Notes: generated from the letters alone by a model not told the origin. Positions 1 through 10,123 are shown, numbered from the stretch's first letter. The stretch: DNA of 64,000 bases from an uncultured Candidatus Saccharibacteria bacterium (GCA_964573095.1 CAZNIK010000001.1:249004-313003); one strand, 5' to 3'. Program-made: numbers and translations.

Positions 1-66
1 ATAAAGTCATGTCAAATAACAGTATAGCGAATTCTTTTATTTTCAGCCTATTCTCAGCATGAAAAA

Positions 67-75
67 TGCTATAAT
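67..75 (+). promoter_or_regulatory. Extended -10 promoter (TGcTATAAT) for the PBP gene
   Basis: aaaaaTGcTATAATggg lies about 58 nt upstream of the ATG at 134. An AAGGA Shine-Dalgarno sits 5 nt before the ATG. Confidence 0.4.
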
Positions 76-133
76 GGGTTGAAATCTAACGAGACCCTCA
101 CCACTGTAAGTAAGGAGAAATGAAAAGGAATAC

Positions 134-3100
134 ATGAAAAATCCTCTTAAGCGTCCGAAGTTTGCACGTGGGGGACTTCACACCCAAAGCCGTAACACCT
201 ACACAACAAAGGGTGGCAACAAAATAAAACTAAATCGTAACCTCAGCGAGAAAGCGAAAGCGCGCAAGGATGCGCAGTTGCGCAAAAAAGCGGCCTATCT
301 TGCCACCTTACCCCAAGGGCGAATCAAACGAACTTTATACCGCATGCACCCGAAGCGGATGGCCAAGTACTGGTTTTCCCGCGAGGGTGGCATTATGGCC
401 CTCAAACTTCTTGGTATCGGCACAGTTGCTATGTTTTTGCTGCTTATTGCCGTGTTTGCATTCTTTAGGAAAGATCTTCCAAACTTGCGAGACATTTCGG
501 GAAAAAATATTGGTGGGTCCGTCCGCTATTACGATCGAACAGGGCAAGTTCTTCTCTGGGAAGACTACGATGCCGTAAAACGAACACCCGTAAAGGACGA
601 GAATATTTCTCCTTACATTAAAGACGCGACTGTGGCGGTGGAAGACAAGGATTTTTATAACCACGGTGGTTTTGATGTAAAAGGAATTACCCGCGCCGGT
701 GTCAATAATGCCCTCGGCAAGAGCAGTACCCAGGGCGGCTCTACCATCACCCAGCAACTCGTAAAGCTGACTCAAAACTGGAGCAAAGAAAAAACCTACA
801 CAAGAAAGGTGAAAGAGTTAATCCTGGCAGTTGAACTTGAGCGGACCTATAGCAAGAAAGAAATCCTGGCCGGCTATCTCAACACCGCCCCCTACGGAGA
901 TATCACCTATGGCGTTGAGTCCTCAATGCAAGACTATTTCAATAAATCAGCCAAGGATATGACTCTCGACGAGGCGGCGTTCTTAGCAGCCATCCCCAAA
1001 TCCCCCACCATATATTCTCCCTATGGAGCACGCTTTAATAAGGAAGCGCTTGTTGGGCGTCAAGGCTATGTACTCGATTTGATGGCCGATCAAGGAAAAA
1101 TTACCCCACAACAACGAGACGAGACGAAAAAAATTGACACCCTTTCTAAAATAAAACCACGACAGCCAAAGTACACCGGCATACAAGCGCCGTGGTTCGT
1201 GCTTACCGCAAAAGAACAGCTCCAAACCGAGCGGGGGGCAGAGACCGTCAAAATAGGCGGCCTCAAAGTCACAACAACCCTCGACATGAAAGTTCAAAAA
1301 ATTGCCGAAGAGCAGGTTGCTAAGGGTTTGCCGCAGGTCAAGAGGCAGGGCGGCGATTCTGTGGCATTTGCCGCTGAGGACGTCAAGACGGGCCAAATGG
1401 TAGCTCTCGTGGGCGGGACAGACTTTAACAACAAAGAATATGGCGAAAATAATTACGCACGACTCAAGCTACCCCCGGGGTCGAGCTATAAGCCTTATGA
1501 TTACGCGGCAATGATCGAAAACACCACCAACACTGGTGCAGGATCAGTACTTTATGACACCCTTGGGCCTTTGGATGGCTATCCATGCACCACAGGACCA
1601 AAAAAGGGTGGTAACTGCGCAGTGGATTATGATTTTCGATTCCCGGGACCGCTTACTCTACGCTACGCGCTTGGTGGTTCAAGAAATATACCAGCCATGA
1701 AAGCCATGCTTACGGCCGGCGTCGATAAAACAAGGGAAACGTCCAAAAAACTGATGCAGTCGCCAGGCACACCTGAGGGTGAAGCAAGAGGTGATTATAA
1801 CTGTTATCGAGATGACGCGCTTACGAAAGAGTCGCAGTGCTACACCGCTGCGGCCATTGGAGATGGTGCGTACCTCAAGCTTGACGAGCACGTGCATGGT
1901 TTTGCATCACTGTCGAGAAACGGCCTCAACATACCTCAAACCTATATCCTAAAAATCGAAGATTCATCGAATAAGGTTATCGATGAGTGGAAAGCAAGCA
2001 AAGGCGTTCAAGCAATTCGCCCCGATACCGCATATATTGTGAGCGACATGGTAAGCGATCCAAAGGCAAGCTATCTTGGCAACAAAACACACAACTATAA
2101 GGGCTGGAAATTTGGCTTTAAAACCGGAACAACCAACGACTCAAAAGATGGCTGGATGATGGGTATGTCGACACAATACGCAGCTGGTACCTGGGTTGGC
2201 TACCATAACCGCCAAAAAGAGTTAGGTGGGTTTATGGAAACCATGACACAGCCAATCGTAGCCGGATTTATGCAAAGGGCACACGAAGGCATCAAACCGG
2301 TTGATAGACCAAAGCCAAGCGGGGTTCAGACACTTCCAGCATTTGTGGTAAGGAACCACGTTGGGGTTGGCTCTGTAGAACCAAGCCCAACAACCGACCT
2401 CTTCCCGTCTTGGTATAAGCGCAGCACTGGAAACACAAAACAAACCATAGACATTGTCTCTAATAAGTTGGCCACGGACTGCACACCAGCTCGCGCCAAG
2501 CAAGATGCGACCAACGCCGCTGCAAATCAATTTTCGAGCGATAAGTTTGTTGGCGGAGCCAACCGGGCTGCGAGCACAACAACCGAAAAAGACGATGTCC
2601 ACAGATGCGAGGACGCGAAGCCAAGCATCACGCTTACAACTCCTGCGACTTGCGACGGATCATGCACCTTTACCGCCACCGCCACCCAAGGCACACACCC
2701 GATATCTAGCGATCGGTTCAAGGGCACCGTGAACTTTAAGGTTGATGGACAAGTTATCCAGTCAATCGGCATCGGGAGCAGCCCTTCCACCGTAAGCACC
2801 AATTACACTGTGGCAGTTTCGCCGGGGCCACACACAGTAAGCGCGGAGGTGATAGACAGTGTGCTATACGACAATGTTGACAGTCGTTCGGTGAACTTCA
2901 CCTCGGCAAGTGTCAGTGCGATAAGTGTGACAAAAGCCCAAATATCTGGACCAAAGACGAAATTTCAGTGGAGCGGGGGCAATGGCTCAGCTTCAATCTA
3001 CAACGCCAACACCGATGCACTAATATGCGGCGGGGGTGGTTCATGTGAGGTGAATGTAGCACTGGCGCCACTAGGAACACCAGTCTATGCCCGTGACACG

Positions 3101-3139
3101 TCTGGCGCACGATCAAGCAACGTCGCTGTGAGCAACTAA
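134..3139 (+). CDS. Class A penicillin-binding protein (bifunctional glycosyltransferase/transpeptidase, PBP1A-like) with a long C-terminal tail
   Basis: GT51 motifs EDKDFYNHGGFD and GGSTITQQL are present. Transpeptidase motifs SxxK (GSSYKPYDY) and KTG (FKTGTTND) are present. There is an N-terminal TM helix (LLGIGTVAMFLLLIAVFAFF). A tail of about 250 aa with Cys pairs and beta-rich Ig-like sequence follows. Confidence 0.92.
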   Translation: MKNPLKRPKFARGGLHTQSRNTYTTKGGNKIKLNRNLSEKAKARKDAQLRKKAAYLATLPQGRIKRTLYRMHPKRMAKYWFSREGGIMALKLLGIGTVAMFLLLIAVFAFFRKDLPNLRDISGKNIGGSVRYYDRTGQVLLWEDYDAVKRTPVKDENISPYIKDATVAVEDKDFYNHGGFDVKGITRAGVNNALGKSSTQGGSTITQQLVKLTQNWSKEKTYTRKVKELILAVELERTYSKKEILAGYLNTAPYGDITYGVESSMQDYFNKSAKDMTLDEAAFLAAIPKSPTIYSPYGARFNKEALVGRQGYVLDLMADQGKITPQQRDETKKIDTLSKIKPRQPKYTGIQAPWFVLTAKEQLQTERGAETVKIGGLKVTTTLDMKVQKIAEEQVAKGLPQVKRQGGDSVAFAAEDVKTGQMVALVGGTDFNNKEYGENNYARLKLPPGSSYKPYDYAAMIENTTNTGAGSVLYDTLGPLDGYPCTTGPKKGGNCAVDYDFRFPGPLTLRYALGGSRNIPAMKAMLTAGVDKTRETSKKLMQSPGTPEGEARGDYNCYRDDALTKESQCYTAAAIGDGAYLKLDEHVHGFASLSRNGLNIPQTYILKIEDSSNKVIDEWKASKGVQAIRPDTAYIVSDMVSDPKASYLGNKTHNYKGWKFGFKTGTTNDSKDGWMMGMSTQYAAGTWVGYHNRQKELGGFMETMTQPIVAGFMQRAHEGIKPVDRPKPSGVQTLPAFVVRNHVGVGSVEPSPTTDLFPSWYKRSTGNTKQTIDIVSNKLATDCTPARAKQDATNAAANQFSSDKFVGGANRAASTTTEKDDVHRCEDAKPSITLTTPATCDGSCTFTATATQGTHPISSDRFKGTVNFKVDGQVIQSIGIGSSPSTVSTNYTVAVSPGPHTVSAEVIDSVLYDNVDSRSVNFTSASVSAISVTKAQISGPKTKFQWSGGNGSASIYNANTDALICGGGGSCEVNVALAPLGTPVYARDTSGARSSNVAVSN

Positions 3140-3870
3140 GGCCTGCGTCGGGCTCGATTAGCGCTCGGTTTTTTGGTGGTTGTATTTATTTTCGCAAACA
3201 GCATTTTTCCAGCTTCCGACTGCAACATTCTTGTTATCTCAACGTGCAGTGATTTACCAACCAAACCGGCGGCACCGGCCACAACCACCATCGTGCCATC
3301 ATCAAGGTAGCCAACCCCTTGGTCTTTGCCGCTCCCCTTTTGTACGATTGCGACCTGCTTTGTTTCGCCAGGAAGCACTACGGCCCGAATCGCATTCGAC
3401 AATTCGTTCACATTCAACACCTTAACTCCTTGCACGGATGCGGCCTTATTTAAGTTGTAGTCAGTGGTACACAAGTCTGCTGACAGCTTTCCTGCGAGCA
3501 TAACCAGCTTATCGTCTGTCGTTTTGGCCTCAAGAAAATCAATGTCTGATATTTCCACATTGGTGTCGGGGTTTGCTTGTAAGGTCTGGATTGCATCAAG
3601 ACCATACCGCGCCCGCTCTCTTTTTTGGGAGTCCTGTCCGTCTGCAAGAAGTTGCAATTCACGAACAATAAATCTCGGAATAACCAGAGAGTCGGGCGTA
3701 AACCCGGCATTGACGATGTCGATAATGCGGCCGTCAATAAGCGCACAACTGTCGAGAATCATTTTTTTTCGAGGCCGAATTTTTGCAAAAGTCGTGTGAT
3801 AACTTCCTCGTGATTGCCAGACGAGCAACACAAGCGCTACGAGCAGAATTGTTTGGATTATATCTATCAT
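3136..3870 (-). CDS. PIN + TRAM domain membrane-anchored protein (YacL-like)
   Basis: It has an N-terminal TM helix, a PIN-like core (MILDSCALIDGRIIDI ... TTDYNLNKAA) and a C-terminal TRAM-like segment (LHVEITRMLQSEAGKMLFAKI). It lies directly downstream of radA, as in many Gram-positive genomes. Confidence 0.8.
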   Translation of the reverse strand: MIDIIQTILLVALVLLVWQSRGSYHTTFAKIRPRKKMILDSCALIDGRIIDIVNAGFTPDSLVIPRFIVRELQLLADGQDSQKRERARYGLDAIQTLQANPDTNVEISDIDFLEAKTTDDKLVMLAGKLSADLCTTDYNLNKAASVQGVKVLNVNELSNAIRAVVLPGETKQVAIVQKGSGKDQGVGYLDDGTMVVVAGAAGLVGKSLHVEITRMLQSEAGKMLFAKINTTTKKPSANRARRRP

Positions 3871-3892
3871 TATTTTGGGTGTCCGCTCCTCG

Positions 3893-5257
3893 TTACTTTG
3901 TTTCTTCCGTCTCTAGGTAGTCGTTTAGAGCACTCCTCACATCGCGGACGGATTTTAGTATAGTATTCTTCTCGGTCTTCTGAGCTTTTGGCCCAATGGC
4001 CTGCTTAAACCCCATTTTTTTCGCCTCCGAAAGACGCTTGTCGACAAATGGGACGTGGCGAACCTCGCCCGACAAACCAACTTCGCCAAAGACTACCGCA
4101 TTCTGCTTTAGCTTCATCCCCTTGGCTGCCGATCCAATCGCCAGGCAAATCGCCAAATCAGCTCCCGGGTCAGATATTTTTATCCCACCAACAATATTAA
4201 TATATATGTCCTTGTCGCTTAGTACGAGTTTTGTGCGCCGCTCGAGCATGGCAACCAACAAGTTTAGTCGGTTTAGCTCCACGCCGCTACTGGCGCGCTT
4301 TGGGTATCCGTAGGAGGTTTTGTTTACCAGCGCCTGCACTTCGACCAGAATGGCCCGAGTTCCTTCAAGCGTCGCCAGCACAACCGACCCATCTGTCACT
4401 TGTCGTTCGGCCAACAGTGCCTCAGAAGGATTGTCGACCTGCAACAGACCGTTGTTGTGCATTTCAAAAATACCTGCCTCATTGGTCGAGCCGAATCGGT
4501 TTTTGGTACTCCTTAGTATCTTAAAGCCTCCGTAACGATCACCCTCAAGCTGTAGTACCGTATCGACAACATGTTCAAGCACTTTTGGGCCAGCGATCGA
4601 GCCTTCTTTTGTCACATGACCAACCAAGACCACCGCCACGTGCATTTGTTTTGCAACGCTCATCAAAAGATTTGCGCAATTTGTAATCTGACTGATCGAA
4701 CCTGGGGCGGTGGCGACAAAACTTGTGCTGAGAGTTTGTATTGAATCAACAATAATTAGCTCATATTCGCTAGTTGCAATTGTCTTGGCGATGTCATCCG
4801 CATCGTTACTTATCGCCAACTGTAATCGCCCATCATTAATTCCGAGCCGAGTAGCTCGAAGACCAACTTGATGAGCTGACTCTTCTCCGCTTACGTAAAG
4901 CGTTTTGCGGTGCTTTGCTACGCCTGCAGACACTTGCAGCAACAGTGTGCTCTTGCCAATTCCTGGCTGTCCAGCAATCAGCGTCACGCTCCCAGGGACA
5001 AAACCGCCACCTAAGACGAGGTCAACATCGCCAATACCGGTTACAATCCGAGTACTATCCTTTTCTCGCGCCCCACTATCGATATTTTTAGCTTCAATAA
5101 CCCGGCCGCCGCCTCTGGCCTTTTGAGAGACCATCGACACAACAATTGCTTCCTCGTGAATAGTGTTCCATTCCCCACAATTACTGCATCGACCTGCCCA
5201 CGCAGGATGTGAAACACCGCAGTTACTACACACAAACTGTGAAGATTTTTTTGCCAT
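3893..5257 (-). CDS. radA: DNA repair protein RadA/Sms
   Basis: It has a Zn finger (CSNCGVSHPAWAGRCSNCGEWNT), a Walker A motif (GQPGIGKST), a KNRFG motif and a Lon-like C-terminal domain. Confidence 0.96.
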   Translation of the reverse strand: MAKKSSQFVCSNCGVSHPAWAGRCSNCGEWNTIHEEAIVVSMVSQKARGGGRVIEAKNIDSGAREKDSTRIVTGIGDVDLVLGGGFVPGSVTLIAGQPGIGKSTLLLQVSAGVAKHRKTLYVSGEESAHQVGLRATRLGINDGRLQLAISNDADDIAKTIATSEYELIIVDSIQTLSTSFVATAPGSISQITNCANLLMSVAKQMHVAVVLVGHVTKEGSIAGPKVLEHVVDTVLQLEGDRYGGFKILRSTKNRFGSTNEAGIFEMHNNGLLQVDNPSEALLAERQVTDGSVVLATLEGTRAILVEVQALVNKTSYGYPKRASSGVELNRLNLLVAMLERRTKLVLSDKDIYINIVGGIKISDPGADLAICLAIGSAAKGMKLKQNAVVFGEVGLSGEVRHVPFVDKRLSEAKKMGFKQAIGPKAQKTEKNTILKSVRDVRSALNDYLETEETK

Positions 5258-5265
5258 TACCTACC

Positions 5266-5271
5266 AGTGTA
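5266..5271 (-). promoter_or_regulatory. -10 box TACACT (TGg-extended) 8 nt upstream of the radA ATG; leaderless-type promoter
   Basis: The minus strand reads aTGgTACACTggtaggtaATG, inside the 24-nt gap after the upstream gene. Confidence 0.45.
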
Positions 5272-5281
5272 CCATTTTGCG

Positions 5282-6250
5282 TCAGAGAGATTTTGGCACC
5301 GAATTTGCGTCAATCGCTTGAATCAGCCCTTGATAGACAACGACGGAATTGTTGTACTTGTTCACGATGTCTTCCGACTCAGCGCTCAAAGCCTTTAGAG
5401 CTGGTACGAGCGAATTTCTTTGAACCACCAGCTGATTATAGTCATCTACGCGACTGTTATATTCGCTGATGCGATCCTGGCTGCGCAACGCATCAAGTTC
5501 GCTTTTAAATTTCACCCGCTCGGCTTCAAACCCGTTTAGTTGAGCGAGTTTCCCGTTGAATTCGGCTTTTATTTCCTCAAGGCGGGACACGTAGCGGTCT
5601 TGTTCCCGTTTTAAGTCTGTGAATACCTGCTCGTATTGTTCGGAGTAGGTAACAACCTTTTTCCGGTCACGGAAGTACTTTGAGTAATACGCTTCAAGTT
5701 GTGGCGATAAATCTCGCACTTCCGACCCCAATATGGAATGAAGCTCATTTGGAACCACCGACGCATCTTTTTTGCGATAATTTTCGACCGTATTCTTTAT
5801 TCTTTCGTCAGTTATTGTCTTGAAAAATTCAGCAGTCATTTGGTCGACCCGCAGCCGCTCTTCACTACTAAGCCGATCGTATTGAGCGTGAAGAATTTCG
5901 TGCGCAGACGTCACCTCCATAACACCCGCCAGACGAGGATCGTTGACGTTCAGCAAGAAGATTCCCTGTCTTTCAATGTAGCAACCAAGCACAATTGACT
6001 GCTCCGTTGTCTTGCAGACGCTTTTAAACCTTTCCTTACCGTCAATTTCCGGCCGATTGACATAAAAAACCCGACGGGTGTTATCCGTCATGGTGGTATT
6101 GTTTGCAAGCTCCACAACCCGGTCTGGTGGCTGGTAGCCTCTAAGCGCCAGAGAGTCATATATGTCTTGGCGGTTCACAATACCGTACACCGAACCTAGT
6201 AGTACCGCGACGAGAGCCGTTCCTGCAACTGCCTTGAGCAATTTATTCAT
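5282..6250 (-). CDS. Hypothetical membrane-anchored protein with an HExxH motif and a long C-terminal coiled coil
   Basis: It has an N-terminal TM helix (AVAGTALVAVLLGSVYGIV), a single zincin-like motif (TSAHEILHAQYD) and a heptad-rich C-terminal half. I chose the ATG at 6250 (MNKLLK); the ORF track begins 2 codons earlier at a TTG. Confidence 0.6.
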   Translation of the reverse strand: MNKLLKAVAGTALVAVLLGSVYGIVNRQDIYDSLALRGYQPPDRVVELANNTTMTDNTRRVFYVNRPEIDGKERFKSVCKTTEQSIVLGCYIERQGIFLLNVNDPRLAGVMEVTSAHEILHAQYDRLSSEERLRVDQMTAEFFKTITDERIKNTVENYRKKDASVVPNELHSILGSEVRDLSPQLEAYYSKYFRDRKKVVTYSEQYEQVFTDLKREQDRYVSRLEEIKAEFNGKLAQLNGFEAERVKFKSELDALRSQDRISEYNSRVDDYNQLVVQRNSLVPALKALSAESEDIVNKYNNSVVVYQGLIQAIDANSVPKSL

Positions 6251-6260
6251 TATCAAGAGT

Positions 6261-6266
6261 AGTATA
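6261..6266 (-). promoter_or_regulatory. -10 box TATACT exactly 10 nt upstream of the ATG at 6250
   Basis: The minus strand reads gggTATACTactcttgataATG, with no SD. Confidence 0.4.
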
Positions 6267-6297
6267 CCCTAGCTTTGCCTAAGAATTAGCTGAAAAA

Positions 6298-8766
6298 CTA
6301 TTCCCTCACGGCTTGATAGTTGAGAACGCCCCCACTAAGCCCAACCTTCACAAGATCGCCTTTTTCATATGTCCCTTCAAGTAGGCCACTCGAGATGTGG
6401 TCTTCGAGAGTATCTTGCAACAACCTCCGTAAGGGGCGTACGCCATTTTTGGGGTCATAACCTTTGTCGGCTAAATATTTCTTGGCATTGGGCTGGACTT
6501 TTAGCATTAATCCATGGCGAACCAGCCTGGCCTCAAGATCACGGAGTTGAATATCCAGAATATGCATAATTTCTGGACGAGTAAGCGCTCGAAAGACAAC
6601 TATATTATCAATTCGATTCAACATCTCGGGCCGCATCATCTTTTTTAGACTATCAAGCACATGATCCTTGTTTCGTTGGTGCAAGGCGTCAAGGTTTGTC
6701 TGATCTTTCTTTGTCTCGGCACTAAAACCAAGCTGTGCCTCTTTTTGGAGTTTTTCTGCCCCAATGTTGCTCGTCATTATCACAATGGTGTTACTAAAAT
6801 CAATGACCCGGCCCTTCCCGTCCGTCAGCCGGCCATCTTCAAGAATTTGAAGCATCATATTGAACACGTCGGGATGAGCTTTCTCTATCTCGTCAAACAA
6901 TACTAAGCTATATGGTTGTCTACGAATTTTATCCGTAAGCTGCCCGCCGTCGTCATAGCCGACATATCCGGCCGGGGCGCCCATTAAGCGCGACACGTTG
7001 TGGTGTTCTCCGAATTCACTCATGTCGATTTTTACAAGTGCGTCATCACTGCCAAAAAATTCCCGCGCTAACACTCTCGCTAGCTCGGTCTTTCCAACGC
7101 CTGTTGGCCCAAGAAAAACGAGAGATCCGATGGGGCGTCGATTATTTGTGATTCCACTTCTACTACGCCGAACGGCGCGCGACACCGCTTGTACGGCCTC
7201 TTCTTGGCCGACGATGTGCTTTGAGAGTGTCTTCTCTAGATTGAGTAAATAATTCGCTTCGGCGCGAATGACTTTCGTGACTGGGACGCCTGTAATCCTG
7301 GCAACAACAGCGGCAACATCATCACTGCTCAACTTAAGCCGCTTGTCGTCCTTGTGTTTACCTTGAAGCTCAGTGATCTCTCTGGAAAGTTGACTCGCCA
7401 TAGTCTTATACCGCGCAGCGGCTTCATAGTCTTCAGTTGCGGCCGCGTCCTCGATGCGGACCTGCAAAAGACGAAGCTCCTTCTGGGCTTTTCTAATTGC
7501 CGGTGGGGTTTTTCCTTTATCAACCCGCAAGTGAGCGCTCGCCTCGTCAAGCAAGTCAATGGCCTTATCCGGCATAAATCTATCGTTTATATATCTTTTG
7601 GCAAAGCGCACTGTGTCCTCGATCACCTCGTCAGAAATTGCAACATTGTGGAATGATTCATAGTGCTTTTTTAGCCCTTTTAGTATAGAAACGGTCTCGG
7701 CTTCGGTTGCTTCCGGCACTTGGATAGGTTGAAAACGACGCTCAAGCGCCGAATCTTTTTCGACATATTTGGTATACTCGTCAGTTGTCGTCGCACCTAT
7801 GAGCTGAATCTTGCCTCTGGCAAGTGCTGGTTTGAGCATATTGCCCGCATCCAAGGCACCTTCGGCGGCACCTGCACCAACGATGAGGTGTAGCTCGTCA
7901 ACAAAAACAATGGTTTTTGTGTCGTTCTCGAGCTCACTCATTACCTTTTTAAGCCGTTCCTCAAACTCACCTCGATATTTGGTCCCGGCAATCATTGCGG
8001 TAAGATCAAGCATAATTATTCGCTTATCAAGTAAGCTGTCGGGCACATCCTCGGCAACGATTCGGGCTGCAAGACCTTCCACGATTGCCGTCTTGCCCAC
8101 GCCAGGCTCTCCGATGAGAACAGGATTGTTTTTTGTCCGACGACTTAAAATCGTGATGACTCGTCTTATTTGATTCTCGCGACCAACTACAGGGTCAAGC
8201 TTATTCTTGCGGGCGAGGGCGGTCAGATCGGTTCCAAAAAAGTCTAAGGCAGTTTTTTTCTGACGCTTATTCTTCTTCATTTCTTCGAGCGTGCCACCAC
8301 TCTCTTGTTCTCGATTTAGAAATTGTTCGAGCTCAGTCATGAGTGTATCGACCTCAACATCCATATTTTTTAACAATTCGGTCGCACGGGCGTTTTTTTG
8401 GGTAAGTATGCTGTAGAGGATATGTTCGGTACCACAAGAATCCTGTGAAAAATCTTGCGCAACTTCGTACGCCATGCGTAACGTCAACTTTGCAACCTCA
8501 CTTAGTCCCTTGGCGCCTTGTAGACTGATTGGGTTTGCTTGTACGTTGAGTGCCGACTTTGCTTTTTGCATAGTCACCCCCGCGCCTTCAAGCAATTTGG
8601 CCCCCATTGAGTTTTCTTGAGCAAGCACGCCGAGCAAAAGGTGTTCGGTGCCGACATAGGCACTGCCACTACCTCGCGCAATCGCGTCAGCGTTACGCAA
8701 ACTCGCCAGCGCATTTTCGGTGAGGTGATTTAAAAAGTCTTGAAAATCTGGTGAACTTGGTATCAT
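6298..8766 (-). CDS. clpC: ATP-dependent Clp protease ATP-binding subunit ClpC (class I AAA+ chaperone)
   Basis: It has a duplicated Clp_N repeat and two AAA+ modules (GEPGVGKTA and GPTGVGKTE Walker A motifs). A UVR-like linker ([10 protein letters not shown]) is present. At 822 aa, without the long ClpB middle domain, it fits ClpC. Confidence 0.9.
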   Translation of the reverse strand: MIPSSPDFQDFLNHLTENALASLRNADAIARGSGSAYVGTEHLLLGVLAQENSMGAKLLEGAGVTMQKAKSALNVQANPISLQGAKGLSEVAKLTLRMAYEVAQDFSQDSCGTEHILYSILTQKNARATELLKNMDVEVDTLMTELEQFLNREQESGGTLEEMKKNKRQKKTALDFFGTDLTALARKNKLDPVVGRENQIRRVITILSRRTKNNPVLIGEPGVGKTAIVEGLAARIVAEDVPDSLLDKRIIMLDLTAMIAGTKYRGEFEERLKKVMSELENDTKTIVFVDELHLIVGAGAAEGALDAGNMLKPALARGKIQLIGATTTDEYTKYVEKDSALERRFQPIQVPEATEAETVSILKGLKKHYESFHNVAISDEVIEDTVRFAKRYINDRFMPDKAIDLLDEASAHLRVDKGKTPPAIRKAQKELRLLQVRIEDAAATEDYEAAARYKTMASQLSREITELQGKHKDDKRLKLSSDDVAAVVARITGVPVTKVIRAEANYLLNLEKTLSKHIVGQEEAVQAVSRAVRRSRSGITNNRRPIGSLVFLGPTGVGKTELARVLAREFFGSDDALVKIDMSEFGEHHNVSRLMGAPAGYVGYDDGGQLTDKIRRQPYSLVLFDEIEKAHPDVFNMMLQILEDGRLTDGKGRVIDFSNTIVIMTSNIGAEKLQKEAQLGFSAETKKDQTNLDALHQRNKDHVLDSLKKMMRPEMLNRIDNIVVFRALTRPEIMHILDIQLRDLEARLVRHGLMLKVQPNAKKYLADKGYDPKNGVRPLRRLLQDTLEDHISSGLLEGTYEKGDLVKVGLSGGVLNYQAVRE

Positions 8767-8816
8767 GTTATACCCTCGTTTATAGCAACTTCTTATTTCA
8801 AAGTCACTTACGCACT

Positions 8817-8846
8817 ATGATACCAAAACTAGCACTCTAGGGTCAA
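8817..8846 (-). promoter_or_regulatory. clpC promoter: -35 TTGACC, 18-nt spacer, TGg-extended -10 TATCAT
   Basis: The minus strand reads cTTGACCctagagtgctagttttggTATCATagtg. About 45 nt further on there is a GAGGG SD followed by 6 nt and the ATG. Confidence 0.5.
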
Positions 8847-8855
8847 GAGTGCTAG
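8829..8855 (-). promoter_or_regulatory. CIRCE element (HrcA operator) overlapping the clpC promoter
   Basis: CTAGCACTC-tagggtcaa-GAGTGCTAG matches the consensus TTAGCACTC-N9-GAGTGCTAA at 8 of 9 positions per arm, with an exact 9-nt spacer. The spacer contains the -35 hexamer. On the minus strand the element is followed by TTTT. Confidence 0.75.
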
Positions 8856-8861
8856 ATAGTC

Positions 8862-10049
8862 TTACTCGGTTTTTTCTTTGCTGTCTTCGCCGTGTTCTTC
8901 AATTGCTTCGAGCAGGCTGCTCTCGAGAGCCTCTTTTTTCTTTAGCTTTTGACCACCAAGCGGCTTTGAGGTGTTCACTTCAACGGCTTGAGGTACTTCT
9001 ACCTCTTTTGCTGCGTCAGAAACGATGTCAATCTCATACCCCGTTAGCTTGCTCGCAAGGCGAACATTTTGACCACTTTTCCCGATGGCAATACTGAGCT
9101 GATCTTCGGGAACATTTACAGCCGCTTTTTTGCTTTTCTCGTCTAGTTTTACAGAAGTTACTTTTGTAGGGCTCAACGCGTTAGTAAGAAAGGTGACAGG
9201 GTTGTCGTCCCATACAACGATGTCAATCTTTTCTTGTTCTCCAACCTCGCTCATCACGGCATTCACACGAGTCCCGTGTCCACCAACAAAGGTACCGACT
9301 GGATCAACGCCGGGCACCGTACTTGTTACCGCTATTTTGCTTCGGACGCCAGCTTCTCTTGCGATTGCCTTAATCGCGACTGCACCATTCTCCATTTCGG
9401 GAACTTCTCCTCGAAATAGCCATTCCATAAATTCGGTGGAACCTCTTGAAACCACCAGTTGAGGGCCTCGAAAGCCACGTTCGACATCTTTTAGGTAAAA
9501 TTTAAGTCTTTGACCGGGGTGATATCGTTCATTTTGGATTTGTTCGCTGGCGGGCATTATGGCCTGGGCTTTGCCCAAATCAACCCGCACAATACGGCCT
9601 TCGACACGGGCAACAATACCGTTCACCACCGTACCAATTTTGTCTTGGTATTCATTCATGATAATCTCGCGCTCTGCTTCTCTGAGTCGTTGTAAAATAA
9701 CCTGTTTGGCGGTTTGGGCCGCAACTCTTCCGAAGCTGTCGGCTTGTTGATGAAATTCGATTAAATCGCCAATGACCGCGTCTTTCTTTTTTTTCTTGGC
9801 CTCGGCCAACGAAATCTCAAAACGATCATCTCCGACTTTTTCAACGACCTCTTTGCCTACAAACACATCAATTTCGCCACTGTTGAGGTTCATGCTCACC
9901 CTAACTTCTTGCTCTCGATCCCCAAAGTCCTTGCGATAGGCTGCCGCAAGTGCTTGCTCTACTACTTCCTTAACCGAATCTTCTGGTAAGTTCTTCTCTT
10001 CAGCGATTGTTCGTATCACCACAGCCAATTGTTTGACGTCTAAATCCAT
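8862..10049 (-). CDS. nusA: Transcription termination/antitermination factor NusA
   Basis: The N-terminal domain, S1 and two KH regions are recognisable (e.g. GQNVRLASKLTGYEIDI). I chose the ATG at 10049 (MDLDVKQL), preceded by AAGG; the ORF track extends 8 codons further upstream. Confidence 0.9.
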   Translation of the reverse strand: MDLDVKQLAVVIRTIAEEKNLPEDSVKEVVEQALAAAYRKDFGDREQEVRVSMNLNSGEIDVFVGKEVVEKVGDDRFEISLAEAKKKKKDAVIGDLIEFHQQADSFGRVAAQTAKQVILQRLREAEREIIMNEYQDKIGTVVNGIVARVEGRIVRVDLGKAQAIMPASEQIQNERYHPGQRLKFYLKDVERGFRGPQLVVSRGSTEFMEWLFRGEVPEMENGAVAIKAIAREAGVRSKIAVTSTVPGVDPVGTFVGGHGTRVNAVMSEVGEQEKIDIVVWDDNPVTFLTNALSPTKVTSVKLDEKSKKAAVNVPEDQLSIAIGKSGQNVRLASKLTGYEIDIVSDAAKEVEVPQAVEVNTSKPLGGQKLKKKEALESSLLEAIEEHGEDSKEKTE

Positions 10050-10087
10050 CCTTGTGTTTCCTTTCAATTTCAACCGAGTCTGGCATT

Positions 10088-10111
10088 AAAAAATCCGACC
10101 AGGCGGCCGGA
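10088..10111 (-). terminator. Rho-independent terminator-like hairpin in the nusA 5' leader
   Basis: The minus strand reads UCCGGCC-GCCU-GGUCGGA, a 7-bp GC-rich stem with one G-U pair and a tetraloop, followed by UUUUUU. It lies 38 nt upstream of the nusA ATG. The plus strand has no matching T-tract. Confidence 0.55.
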
Positions 10112-10123
10112 CAACTCCCCTAC

